A stretch of DNA of 64,000 nt from positions 3,417,032 to 3,481,031 of the forward strand of contig MU054400.1 of NCBI GenBank assembly GCA_013239625.1, given 5' to 3'. The translations under genes and the position numbers were made by a program. Positions within the stretch are counted from its first letter, which is position 1, and each line of letters begins with the position of its first letter. The notes below the pieces were generated by a model. The model was not told where the DNA came from. It ran no database searches and saw only the letters and a program-made list of their open reading frames with translations. The DNA comes from Lama guanicoe. Lineage: Eukaryota. This document shows, in pieces, positions 42,995 through 57,059 of this stretch.

Positions 42995-43039
42995 TTCTTT
43001 AAACTCTTTACTACTTCTGTTTCCAGTGTGATTTATTAT

Positions 43040-43665
43040 AGTGAAGATTATAAACTCCTCCCCACCCCCAAATGTCTGTTCTCCTTTCCTTCATTCTAGT
43101 AACAGAACCTCTGAGTTTCAGCTAGAGGGTATAGATTCCAGCCTCTCTCACAGTAATTACAGCCATACAAGCTCCAGGTCACATTCTTTAAAAAGAAAAT
43201 TGCCCTCTCCATTTTCTTTCATTGCCACTGTCCACATGCACAGGAGGAAACCACCATAGGAGATGATGAAAACAAAAAGGACCTTTTTCGTTTGATGACC
43301 TGGTGAACAGAGCCCTACTGTCCAGGATGACCTGCTCATCTTCTGGATGGACATGTGAAAATTTTGTCTTGTGGCAGTGTAGCAAAGGGGCTCTGGAGGC
43401 AGCACATCGGGTTCAAATCCTGGTTCCTCCATTTACTAATTACTTGACCTTGAGCAAGTTACGTAAGTTATTTGTGTCTCAGTTTCCTTGTCTATAAAAT
43501 GGAGACACCCACACATGGTGTTCTCATGAGCCTTAAAGGAGGTAACATATCTAATGTGCCAGGCAAAGAGTATGTGCTATAAAAATGTCTGTTATTACTA
43601 CTGTTGTTTGAGTGGTCCTGTACTGGGTCATTCTGTAAAAGCAGCTCAGTCTATCCTAAATAATA
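43040..43665 (+). mobile_element. LTR33/ERVL-like solo LTR remnant interrupted by a MIR (43372-43600)
   Basis: ctagtaacagaacctc start motif; MIR core gggttcaaatcctggttcctccatttactaa. Confidence 0.5.
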
Positions 43666-46600
43666 GTTACCAAATTGCTTGAAATTCCTTTGGAAATCAG
43701 AGCGCAAAAAATAGGTATGTATATTGCATATGCTAACCTGGGTCTATTTATGTCAATGTACTAACAGCAGTTATTCATGGATAAACAAGGGAAGAACTGA
43801 CATTTGGAAAAAGAACTGTTAGGGAAAAAGAGAAAGGGACTGAATTCACAAAAGCCTACTGCAAAGAAGAATGATGACTCCTTGGACAGGGAGAAGGGAA
43901 AATGTAGTCCAGTATCAGATAGAAAATATGTTTTTAACTTTTAATCAAACCCTTCAAATATTTTCCTTTACATGGTATTTTTCCTCTGGTTTCACACTCC
44001 AGATGTGAATGCCATACAGCTTAGGGTGTCTGAGATCTTCTTTTTCTATTGCAATGATCTATTCTTGTACCGTCATCAATAAAGAATATCAATTACTACA
44101 GCTTAACTTCACAATTAAAATTAGAAAATAAAAATCATCCTTCTTGTTAGTTTTCAAAATGTCCTTGGCTCATTCACAGTAAAAAACAAAAATACTTGAA
44201 AAACATAAATGTCTATCAACAGGAAACTAGTTAGATAAATTATACTCTGCCTGTACGATGTAATAATTAAAAGGCATGAGTCAGCACTTTCTGTAAGGTT
44301 TTGGAAAGTATATTCCAAAGGGTTTATTTTATTGGTGCTACTGCTCCTATGAATGTGATTTACCTTCCTTTAGTGTTTTCTAGCTGTTCCTGCTTTTTGC
44401 TGATACACACATATACATATATGTATACACACATACACATGGCACACAAAGGAAAGCTACTGAATTTTATCTTATAAATAGTACTTCATTGAACTTTTAT
44501 TTGGTTTAAGACCAAAATCATTTTATAATTGATTTGCTCAGATTTCCTACATAAACAGTAATATCTTCAACAGACACTGATAAACTTTATCTCACTCTTT
44601 GAATGATTAAAAACTATTCTTTCCCTGTCTTACTGGCTAAAAAGAATGTTAACTAATAATGGTTGAGAGAGGCATTCTTTCACACTTCATAACTATTCAT
44701 GATACTGGCTACTGATTTGAGTTAGATAATACTCAGCTTGCTTGGAAAATATTCCTGGATTCCTTAAGAAATTTTATCTGGAACTAACGAATTATTTTTA
44801 TCAAAACTCTTCATGGTACTTATTAAGATAATCATTGGTTTCTTTCTTTGATCTATTGATAAATTTTAATTATAGTCTCAATATTACAATAAACTTATTT
44901 TCTTAAAGATAATCCTTGCCTTACCAAGGTGCCCTATACATGAAAAACACTGCTCAATTCAATTTGCTAATATTTTAGATTTTTACATTTATTTTCACAA
45001 GTGACAATGATCTATAGGTTGTTTCAGGTTATTCTTACTAGGTTTTGATTTCAGCATCAAACTAGCTTCTAAACTTTCTCTTTTTTCCCTATGCTCTGGA
45101 AAATAAAACATAGGAAAATTTCTTGAAAGTTGAGAGAGCTAATCTATAAAATCATTGTTGTTTGATGTCTTCACTGAAGGCAACTTGACTGCATATTCAG
45201 TTGCAGGTTTTCTACTATTTAAGTCAATTTTAGTCATTCATATTTCCCTAAAATATTGTCCATTTCAATCATATTTTCAAATGTACTAATAGGAGTTATC
45301 TTTAGCATCCACTTAGACTGATTGGATCTCCTCTATTTAATTTGCCAAGAACATAGAGGTGTATTAAAATCACCCACTAACGCTGTGTTTCTAACAATTT
45401 CTCCTTATCATTTGAATGATTATACTTTTATCTTTGTTCTAATATTTGGCACACTTGTTATTATCTAATATGTAGAAATTCATCTTTGCTGTCTTGTTTT
45501 AAACATTTTGTTCTGTTCTTATACTTTGTAGGGTAGTAATAAGGTCTTCCCCAACTTTTTTGAGCTGGGAATCACAGATGCACATTTGCCAATCAATCCA
45601 TTGACTTTCAAGCTTTCCAACTTGTTGCTTTAAACTTTCCAGGATGTATCACCTACTTAAAATTTTGTTTTAACCCAACCTGAGAGTCCCTTTCTCTTAA
45701 TAGGAGCATTTTATCCATTTAGATATCTCATTACTAAAATTGACTTGCTTGTTCTTGCTTTGTATTCGGCGCTCTCAGGATTTTGTGTATCTATATGAAA
45801 TTTTCTTGCTTTGCTATAGCAGCAGTGGATGGATCCCTTCAAAAAATGTTTCCAAGAGAAAACATACATAATTTTATATAGGATTTCAAAAGGTTCACAG
45901 TCTATGAAGACCATCCATGGCTTCCTATGGTTCAACAGATCCCAGTCTAACGACCCTACTCTAGATGTTACTTTTACATTTCAAAACACGTATTTGGGCC
46001 ACTATTTCTATAACTATCATTTTAGAAATGCAAGAATACTATGTTAAGAAATCTATGAATATAAAATTTTAGTCTTTGGGTAAAAGACCCAGTTTGTTAT
46101 GATAATATATTATATACCACTCGTCAAAAGTTAGTTGATACATTCCAAAATGACAGTAGGACATCTGTTTAATATTACATAATTAACAACTTGTAATGTT
46201 ATATACAATTATTCTACCATGTCTTCTGCATTCTTGACATCTTAATTCATCACTGGGCTGGCTGGAGTAATTACTTCAGGAAGAGTCCCTGAGCGATATG
46301 CTTCTGCACCCTTGTACATCAAAGACTATGTTGCCTTCACATATGGATGGCAACTAATAAGAGTTTAGAAATCTTGACTCAGAACCCTTTTCCTTCAGAT
46401 CTCGATAGATGCTGCCTCACTGTCTTTGACACTTAATGCTCAAGAGAGCAAGTCTCGAGGCCAGCTTCATCAACAAATGCTAAATGCACGTTTACTATGT
46501 CTCATGCAATCAAACAGATACTGAGGATAAAATGAAAGAAAAAACAACAGTCCTGTCCTCATGGGACTTACAGGCTAGCTGGGGAAGGTAAAAAGTAATG

Positions 46601-47220
46601 AAGCTTGTGATAAATGTAATGCAGCCTGATATATAAGAAAATATCAGAAGACAGAAAGAGGGTATTTTCCTTGTGTCTATGGAGTTGCTATTAGAACCCT
46701 TCTCTCACATTTTAATTATGGAAGCTTGTTAGTCAATGTAAGTTTCCATTTCTAGTTCACTGACCCATCAGTCTGAAATGAGGCACAAAGGGAGCCCTCG
46801 GAACAGTATTACCTCTGTCTTTTTTCCCCGTGTTTGACATACTCACTGCACTACAAATCAGCTTACTCTGTCTCAGTGAGTATTCTCGGCACTGAGTAAA
46901 GAACGCTTTCCCAGTGTTACCACCCGCCGTACATAGAGAAGTCTCACCGGCTTTCTACCGGTTAGACCATCACGTAAACCCCCATAAACCTACATTAGGA
47001 GAGAAAGAAATTCCAACATCTCCCTGATTGTCCCTCCTGCTAGTGGCGCTCACCCTGGAGCCAGAGATACTGCATTTCACAGAAAGATGAGTAGAGAGGT
47101 GGTGCTCCTCCTAAATCTATTCACGTCTCCACCATGTTTGCTGCATGTTCTACGCTTATTCCACGAGAATGCTCCTTTTAGCTAGTTTTCAGATTCAGGA
47201 CAAATTTTCCCTTATTTTTA

Positions 47221-47283
47221 TTTTATTTTATTTTATTTTATTTTTACATTTTTATTGATTCATAATCATTTTACAGTGTTGTG
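47221..47283 (-). mobile_element. 63-bp extreme 5'-truncated L1 3' end with perfect 15-bp TSD
   Basis: TTTCCCTTATTTTTA at 47206-47220 and 47284-47298; (TTTTA)n tail. Confidence 0.75.
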
Positions 47284-47303
47284 TTTCCCTTATTTTTAAA
47301 GTC

Positions 47304-47455
47304 CAGTATAGTACAGGGAAATATATTCACTCTCTTGAAGTAACTTACGGTGAAAAAGAATATGAAAATGAATAGATGTATATTCACATATGACTGAAGC
47401 ATTGTTCTGTACACCAGAAATTGATACAACATTGTAAACTGACTATACTTCAATA

Positions 47456-47492
<37 letters not shown>
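47304..47492 (+). mobile_element. Short L1 3' end with (TA)n tail
   Basis: tgactgaagcattgttctgtacaccagaaattgatacaacattgtaaactgactatacttcaat; AAAGTC repeated at 47298 and 47493. Confidence 0.8.
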
Positions 47493-47499
<7 letters not shown>

Positions 47500-48114
47500 G
47501 TTGGTAATTTTAAAGGTAATGAAAGAAGACAGGATTAGATCATGGTTTTCACTTAGCTGCCTTAATCAAGTCTCAGACTCAGTCTTAGACTTTTAAACCT
47601 TTCCAAGGAAATTTCTGCATAATGCATTTCGCTATTTTATGCAAACTAAACTTGTACTTTAATAATTAAATACTTTAGAAATTAAATCATAACAGTGTAC
47701 TCTGTGATATATACCAAAGATAAATCTGTACCAAGGATAATACACTAATTATAATTACTTGAAAATTCTCTTAAATCACTTACTTCAAATAATTGCTTTG
47801 AATATAAATAAAATAACTTTTTTTCAAAAAAGTGATCAAGTATTTATATGAACTATAAAATAATGTTTCTATGTGGTGTTTAAAGTTTTTCATAATTCAC
47901 ATTTATACATGTAGCACATCCCACATTACTTCCCTTAATAACTCAATCTCAATTTCTTACATTTAAAAAAATATTTATTAACTAAATATAATGTGAAAGT
48001 TTATTATGTTCATTAAAGTCTTCTTTGCTAGGGAGATGCAGCAAGCAAAAATAAAGTAGACAGTCACACGATTCCAATAACCACTGAAAGCCAGCAGCGA
48101 GCATGTGGTCCTAC

Positions 48115-48292
48115 CTTCAGGGGGTAAACTGTAGAGCTGGGCCACAGGTCCAGTCACAGGAATAACTGGTAACTGGAAATGGAAAGAGCTTTTAATTGTT
48201 GGGAGTGGCAGGCGATTTTTAGGGAAACACTTCCTCATGATCAGACTGGAGGTGTTAACAAGAGGATCGAGGGTCCTGACAGCCAAACATTC
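48115..48292 (-). CDS. AGTPBP1: AGTPBP1 exon, 178 nt ([31 protein letters not shown]...YSLPPE)
   Basis: CAG acceptor, GTAGGA donor; within ORF 47978..48352. Confidence 0.97.
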
Positions 48293-49436
48293 CTGTTTTT
48301 TAAGAAAAGAAACAAAAATAGATAATGTGTCTTTGATGAATAACTGACCCAATTTTACATTGCTTCAGAAAGTAATACATTAATATTTTCAAGAGGCAAA
48401 CATCACAAAAACCAGTATTTTTAAGGTAATTATAAAAAAGCTTTGACTAATCAGAAGTATCTCTTGGGAAGTAAGAACCTCATACGGCAAATTTAGTAGT
48501 AATTTTCCTTAAATATTTTAACAAGCAGAAATCAGTACCATCTTCGGTACCAGAAGTCACAAAAGTACTAAGTAATATCTATGAGTGACTTTAAGGGGGC
48601 ATTTAGCAAGCCTAGGGCATAAAATAAGAAAGAAAATTAAAGGGAAGAAGAAAAAAGAAAAGAACCAAGAAGGATAGTAAGAAATTAAGAAAGTTGTAAA
48701 AAAAAATAAAAAAGGAACGTGCTTTTGGTTGAGCCTTTCTCAGAATTCTATTATCATGCAACAGCACCCCTAAGAGTCGGCTGTTCAACTTATGAATAGC
48801 CTGAATATCACAATTTTAAGTTTTAAGAGTTTAATCTGCTATCCTGGTATCTAATTTTGAGAAGGGCTAGTGGATAGGGGATTTAAAACTATTCCATGTA
48901 ACAGAGCTATTATTACTGACAATTGACATTTAGATGGCACTTTGATACCCTGTGAAGTTTTCAATATGAATCTTCACATCTGACCTGTCAAAACAGATGA
49001 GAAATGAAGGCTCAGAAATGTGAAGTGGTGTAAACAAAGTCACCCAATTCTTCCTCACATATCAAATATCCACCACTGTCTCTATTAGGAATAGTAAAAA
49101 TGATTGATCTAGAAAAGAAAAGCTAAGAGTAAACATAAAATGTGTGCTCATATATCTTAACTACTGTCTTGTGGAAAGAGATTATTGTTGTATGTAAGAC
49201 CAAGAGGGCACAACCAAGATGGTCAGCTGGAATTTTCAAAAATACAGATTTCTTTCTAATGATTGTAGCCTTGTAAAAACAAAAGGGTTACACTGCAACA
49301 TCCCCAGTTCCCATAACTGACAGTCTGCCACAGACGCTAGAAAGAATCCTGCTAAGATATTGTCAAGAAGGCATAAGATGGCTGGCAGAACTAGAATCCC
49401 TAACTTCAGGTTTCACTTTTGTACCTTCGCAATTTT

Positions 49437-49614
49437 ATTTATTTATTTTTTTAAGAGGAACTATTTTTATTGTTTATTTTATTTTTGGGTTTTTTGGGGG
49501 GGGGCGTAGTTAGGTTTGTTTACTTATTTATTCTTAGAGGAGGTACTGAGGATTGAACCCAGGACCTTATGCATGCTAAGCATGCGTTCTACCACTTGAG
49601 CTATACCTCTCCAC
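49437..49614 (-). mobile_element. tRNA-derived SINE, Vic-1-like (camelid)
   Basis: A box TAGCTCAAGTGG, B box GGTTCAATCC, C-run, A-rich tail; TSD TGTACCTTCGC(A/T)ATTTT at 49420-49436 and 49615-49631. Confidence 0.85.
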
Positions 49615-50037
49615 TGTACCTTCGCTATTTTTAAATGTTCTATCCAGAAGGAAGACATTGAGAACACTTGCAAACAAGTATAACTACTTTACCAGCAATA
49701 ATGGGTTCATGAATACGTATGAGGGGGACAAACAAAACTGAATACAGCCAAGTGCACATCTTAGAAAACATGGCTATATGGAATCCCTTACTACCCAGTG
49801 TATAGATTTATACATTTTCCTTTTATCTATGGGAAAAAAATCTCACATTGCAGAGATGCGCACTGAGCACTTTCTCCAACTCAGTCTGAGGTCACGTGTG
49901 GGAAATGATTGTGCCTTTTGGGATTTTGTGATTTTTAAAAATATATTTATCATACTTTTTGAGTATTTTTAGAAATCTTAAATTTTCTTAAAAACCAAAT
50001 CCTATCATTAATACTCTCAGTAATAGAAAGAAAATTA

Positions 50038-50271
<234 letters not shown>

Positions 50272-53200
50272 TCAAGAAAGAGTATTTCTTAAATAACAAG
50301 AGACAGTAGTAGAATAAAAAATATAACCACAATACTGTAATGAATTCATAGCATTCTTTTTTTCAAAAAAAAAATACGGCAACCACATATTTAAATATTA
50401 TTTTATCTAACAACACAAATATGACAAGTTCCAGATAGCAAATTACAATTTTCCAGAAACCCGCCCAATTACTGTTTTGTGGTTAATAAATACCAAAATA
50501 TCTTTAATACAATTAAGGCCATATTTTTAAACGTAATACTAACAAAACTTTCATATATTTTAAAACTAATGAATATACTATCTTTGACTATACCAAATGG
50601 AATGTATAACCCTTTAACTTACTAGCTGTGAATATGATTTTGTTAAAAGCCACTATCATTATTGCAACTTCTATTACAAACTCTGTGTCCACTGAAATTA
50701 ACTCCATTGGATTGTAGCTCTTATTACAAATTTTATGTTTCTATTGAAATTCATTATTTTAAATTTTAATTAACCCTCACATTTATATAAATATCCATGT
50801 TATCACAAAGCTAAATTTAAAATACTTAAACAACTTTTTAGTAAGTGAAATGTAAGAAACATTATATGATTAGAAGATAGTGCTTTCTGGTCCTTAATTT
50901 TTTAATGTATGAAAACTACATCAAAACTTATTTGTAAACATTCCATTTTATTGGGGTAAAATTAACAGAAATAAATTCACAAATATGATTTATTTCATTA
51001 TTTTAAAATGTTAATGTTTAAGATTTTTAACCAAAAGTGTACATATTTCACTAAGATGGGAGCAAGGGAATCATATTATAGTAACATCCTGAGCCATCCA
51101 GCACCACATGGGTGGGCCAACTATAAGGGTGCAAGATGACGTGGAACACCAACCCACCTGAGGCTGCTTAGTTACCGGGAAATACCAATCTCCTCCTCAA
51201 CTAAGTTTACGTATAAAATGACCCTTGGCTCGGGGCATGGACGCTAAGATAATGCAACAGTAACGCTGGGAGGCTTTTAGCTGCCGGAATTGCTAGTTTC
51301 TAAGTGTGCTAACACATACCTAAAACATAAAGACACTGAGATCAACAAACTTATTAATGCCCTCTCATAAATTATGTACGAGCTGGAGGAAACTCACGGC
51401 GGGCGGGGTGGGGTGTTTCTTCCGTAAAAGGTTTAATACCTCTACTGTATCTGGAAGAGCTAGTCTGCTATAAGGCTGTGGTGTGGCTATCTACAAAATC
51501 AGTTAAACAGTTTTAACTAACAATAGTTTTAGGTATTTTAAATGAATATACACACTTTGTTTATACCAGTTGGGATATACAATTTAGCTTACCAGCTTTT
51601 GAGTATTATTAGTAATACTTAAAAGATATGACTATCATAATGTCAATGTCATAATGACTATTATAAGACACTGTGATCACTGGAACTCCTATTACAAACT
51701 GCGTTTCCACTGTAATTTCCAACAGCCTAAATGGTATTTATGAGAAATATTTAAATTCTCTGTTAAAGATCGAATAAGAAACTTGCCCACAACTGAAAAA
51801 CAGATGTCGAGTGACATCCTAAGAGAAGTGAACACAGCCATCTGCAATCTAGGGTCGTTCTACTTGTCAGTTACTTTTTTACCTAATGGAGTAAACAGAT
51901 ATTTGCCTACCATCCTCCTCTGAAGGAGAAGGGAGGAAGGAAAAGGAAGATTACTCTTTAAAACTGAAGATACCAGCATTTCTGTCATTTTAGGCTAATT
52001 AATTTCTATAAAATACTTGAAACTTAAGAGAGTTTGGTTTTTATTGATTTAGAATTAGTGACTTCGTCATCTGTGATTCTTGAAAATTAGTAAGCTTTAA
52101 TAAGAGTTTAGTTTTAATAGCTATTTTAATCTGAAGATTAACTTTAAAATTAGTATGGGCATTGATTTAAATAATTTGAACAACAAGGCAAGGCAAGTAC
52201 ATCAAAGCAAGGCTGTAAATATCATTTGAAATTAATCCAAGTATTCTAATCTTGGCCTAAAGTTTATCACATCATATATGAAAATAAACCTACATGGCTA
52301 ATCTAATTGAATACCACACATTTCATTTCAAGGACAAAACTGTTAACTGAATTTTATACACTCTAGCATATAATACTAATACCTAAGGTGATTTTTTTTA
52401 ATTTAATAAATCATTACCAAGTATCAGATTTTCAATCAGTCATTTTCTACTATTCAAATAAACAATTCTGGTCATTCAAACTTAAGGGCAAGTTAGTCTC
52501 ACCCTTGACAGGAAGTTTTAGGGAAAGATAACATTGAAAGCCATTAATCCAGATCTTTGGGACTGACTGTTAACCGTGGTTAAAAGAAGATGTTAATTTA
52601 ATCAATCAATTCGAATGGGAGTAATAACAAGAATTAATGTTTAAAATATAGAGACTGAGTATCATGGAGAGAAAAAGCACATAATGTGGATGATTACTCT
52701 TCAAAGGCATCATACACAGGACATTTCCTCCAATGCTTCAATTCTGTGTTTTAGTTTATAAATGCATTTAATAAACTGTGTATTTACATGACCAGTCATT
52801 TTTAATGTTAGAAGTATGAATTTACAACAGAAATAAAATTTCTAACACGAGGGTTCTAAATAAAAGTTACACGTTATATAAAGACAGTAGTTGTCTATGT
52901 AAGATACTCTTCTTGGTGAATGTTCTCAATGCCATGTTAGCATCCTTTTTAAAAGACGATACTATGCAATATTTACATATTACTTTCCTCTACTAACCAG
53001 GCTTTGTGCTTACATAAATAACTTACAAAAAGGAAGTCAATGGACTTGAATAAATTATATAAATGTACAGAATAAATTACAGTTTAATAAACATAAATGA
53101 CACTAGTTATGATGTGTCTCAATCACGTGTACTAAAAGATAAAATCAACTTTGACATTAAATTATTATGAACAAGCTTTATAACCATAAACTACATCTAC

Positions 53201-53277
53201 ATTTCCAGTTTCTTTAACATAGTAGATAGAATACTCAGGAAAACAGTATCTAGTATTTCTAGTATTTAAAAACTTAC

Positions 53278-53315
53278 TTGATTTTAGCAATGCAGCAAGA
53301 GTGTCTAAAGCAACC
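53278..53315 (-). CDS. AGTPBP1: AGTPBP1 small exon, 38 nt (VALDTLAALLKS)
   Basis: CAG acceptor, GTAAGT donor; peptide visible in ORF 53165..53347. Confidence 0.96.
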
Positions 53316-55229
53316 CTGTCAACATGAGAAAACACAAACAACAACAAAACTAGTAAAATTAATCTACAATAGTAAATTCATACAATCTTTTCAGATAAGT
53401 AATTAGTATCTACTCCAAATGTCATTCCTGTTACAGTCAGTCACATACGGTGTTTCTCCGTATGCATCTCTTCCTTTAGGTTAAAATCGATAGAAGGAAG
53501 ACTGAAATATCAACCAAAAAACACCACACACAAAAAAATTTTTTAAGAAGAAAAAGAAGGAAATTCCCAATGTCTAAGTCTTTATATTGGAGGTTAGATG
53601 AATGGACTCAATCCCTGTGCCTGTACTTGACCCTGACAGAGTTCACAAAGAGATACTATTAAGAGTCATAGGCTCTGATGCACAAAAAAAAAATTTAAAA
53701 ACAGGTTCTAATACAAATAAAGTTTGTAACTAGAAAGTTCTATTGATACTTGTAGCCATCTTACTTTGAAGTATCTTAGCTTTATCAAGCAATAATCCTA
53801 ATAGTTAAGGTGACAACAAATGTAAAATATTTTGAAACTAGGAGGTCAGGGGAGAGGAAGCACGAGCCCTTAACAGTTTTCAGCCCTAAGGCACCAAAGA
53901 GAACAATAAACCTAATGAATATCTAAAAGTTCTTGCCCATTAGAGGAAAAAGGAATAGGAAAAAAAAAATTGCAGGTAAGTGTATTTTCTTTGAATATAA
54001 ATATGCAGCTAACACAGTGAAATCAATGGCCATTAATCAGCTTTAAAAATACATATAAGCATCACTGTGAAAACCTGTAATTAAAATAATTTTTAGAAAA
54101 TGAATTCTTGAAGAAATGGCACTTACTTTCAGTAACTTTAAAAATATAAGGCTACATACTACAGTACCTCTTAGGAAGATTTCAACAAGTATAACTAATT
54201 TGCATAAAAATATGTACAGTCAAATTTAAGCATTTCACTCAACACTGAGCATTTGTTGAATGCCTACTAGATACCCACAGTAGCAGGTTCTTCATGAGGT
54301 TAATAAAATTAAAAAACAAAGGTATTTTTACACAGATAATTTTACAATGTAGTAATGTAATAAAATGTACACATCTATGAAAAAAAACAACTCAAGAAAT
54401 TAAAACCAAAAAACATGGTAATAAGTAAATAAAGCTGCATACACATTAGTGGTACACTGTGTGATGAGATGTGGATAAAGGTAAAGAGCATAATCAATTA
54501 GAAAATTTAAGACGGATACTGGTTTAAGATGGATATTGGCTGATAGTAAAACCTGAAATAATCCAGGAGTAGGCACAACGTATGTGCTCATTTATAATAA
54601 ATGCTCATTACAGCAACCCTCTAGAGCAAGATGTTAACAGTTACACTTCGATTTATTGACAGAAATAAAGCAACCATATAACCTTTATTTATGATAACAT
54701 TTGTAAAATAAAAACAAAAGTTTATGTTCTAAAAAATACAAATTCATGCCTATAACTTTCTCAAAACAGTGAAGTTTTGGTAATGGTGAGTTAAAGGTAA
54801 ATGAAAATTATAAAATTATATACAGAATGTTCATGGCACCAAATCATAAGTAAGAAACTTTCCATAATCTTATGATACGTGCCAATAAAATGTGCTAAAG
54901 GTTGTAAAACTATCAGAATAAGGATAACTTTTAAATTGGTCAAAATTAAACAAAGAATTAAATGGATCTTCTAAATTAAAATGGCAATCTGGGGAAAAAA
55001 AAGGAAAAAAAGACTTCAACGAAATCTGATAAATGCCAAAAATTGTTACAGGTGCCTTGTATACATGTTTAAATTAAAAAAAAATCCTAGTCTGTAGAAT
55101 TAGCACATTTTATGGCTAAGGAAACTAAGGATTTATGAATATAACATGCTTAGGCTAACATAAAAACTAAGTGACATGGAAAAAGAATAATACAAGCTTC
55201 TTTCTGAGAAAGGAAATCATGAAATGAGA

Positions 55230-55673
55230 AATGTGAGTATCCTCTAAAAAAGGTATGTAGAAGTCCTAACCCCCAGGACCTGGGGGTTTAGAATGTGATC
55301 TTATCTAGAACAGGGTCACTGCAGATGTAATTAGTTAAGATGAGGTCAGATGGGAGGATGACCTTCATCCATCCAGACTGATGCTCTTATAAAAAGAGAC
55401 AGAGTCTTTGAACACAGACACACAAGGAGAGACACCAGATGATGGTGGAGACAGAGACGGAAATGCCAAGGAACACTAACGTTGGGCAGCAAACCACCAA
55501 AAGCTAGGAATAAGCCAGGACGGATTCTCCCCTGCAGGTGACAGAGGGAACACTGGCCCTGCTGACGAGTTGACTCTGAACTTCCAGCCTCCAGAGACAA
55601 TAAATTTCTGTTATTTTAAGCTACCAAGTTTGCACTAGGTACTTCGCTACAACAGCCCTATGAAACTAATACA
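55230..55673 (+). mobile_element. MLT1 (MaLR) solo LTR
   Basis: gcagatgtaattagttaagatgaggtc, ttccagcctccaga, caataaatttctgttattttaagc, terminal aaactaataca. Confidence 0.9.
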
Positions 55674-57059
55674 ATCACTTCGATGCAATCACTCATAAGG
55701 AACTCAGGATTTTCCCATTTACAGCTAAGTTTTCATTCAGACTTTAAAAAAATCTTCACAGTACTTTCAGAAACAGACTTTCTCCCTGCTGGAAGCTGTT
55801 TATAACACACCTGAACTAAATAAAAGTGCTCTGACAGTTTCTAACCCTTAAACCACATGTTTTCTTGTTGATGTTAATTCTTCAACACTAGCAGATCTGG
55901 GACACGCACCCGATGATTTCTGCCCATCACGTCTGTTTCATGGCTCCTCGAGATTAAAAGCAATTATGAAGTTTGGTGCAGAGTCGTCCTGATATATTTA
56001 CCAAAATGTCATTTAAAAGGTATTTTTGAAAACTTCAGTACAAAAGAATTTCTGAAATCCTATGTCACTTATAAGCCAGAAGGAATCTATAACATAAAAG
56101 TTACAAAAGAATGATAGAATAATGAATTTACTGAAATGCAGAGTTTGTATTATGTTAAATGATTATAAGTTCTCAGCACCAATATTTTATACTTTGTCAT
56201 TTTTTTCCAATCTTCACATGTCCCACACAGAACAATACAACTAACACTGGTTTAGAAAAGCAGCCTTTGGCTTATTCATTTAGGAGCAGTGACGGAGGAA
56301 AAGATTAAGTCCCATATACTCATGAAGTTACTTTAAATTGGGGGTCAATCCTTGTGAAAATAACTCCAAACCTGTCGGGAAACTCACAGTAAATTTTGGA
56401 GTTGCTTCCTTCCAGATGAACAATGTTTAAATCCAAAACCTAAAATTCGAAAGGAAAGGAAATCCTAAAAAGGGAAGCATCACCCTTCAAATAAATAACA
56501 TCCTTCAAACCTCTTCAACTAAATGCAGGGTGTTGTGTAAGGGGAGGAAGAACTGAGGCTCAAACGTCCTAAGTGTCAAGATTGTTTAATTACAGGGGAG
56601 ACTCTATGATTATTAAAAATGACAATGGAATTAAGATACAGATGTTTGGTCTATGAATGGTTTATCCTTTTTAAAGTAAAAATGAAGTAACAAAATTTTC
56701 TTTTTAAAATACAGAGAAAAGAATGAAGGGGTGATTTAGATAACTATATTCCTTCCTCAGAAGCTTAGACCCACTGATTTCTACATGAATTTGGATATAT
56801 TCCATGCTGTATGTTATAAAGATACTTGTGAAATGTTGTTTCTCCTAGGAACTTTTTATATTAGATTTGATCACTTGGTTACAATAGAGTAATACAGACC
56901 TTAAGTAGGAGATCATAACCATGAGAAAAAGATTAATTATAAAGTACTTTAAAGATCAAGGGGAGAAAATGTATAAATCTTTTAAAATAAAGAATATGTT
57001 TTTAGTACTAACTAGGATTCATTCACATCCACATTACTACATTACTTATCTAAACTAAC

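Noticed and set aside
49540..49614. tRNA-Ala-like sequence with A and B boxes
   Set aside because: Head of a SINE with tail and TSD, not a tRNA gene
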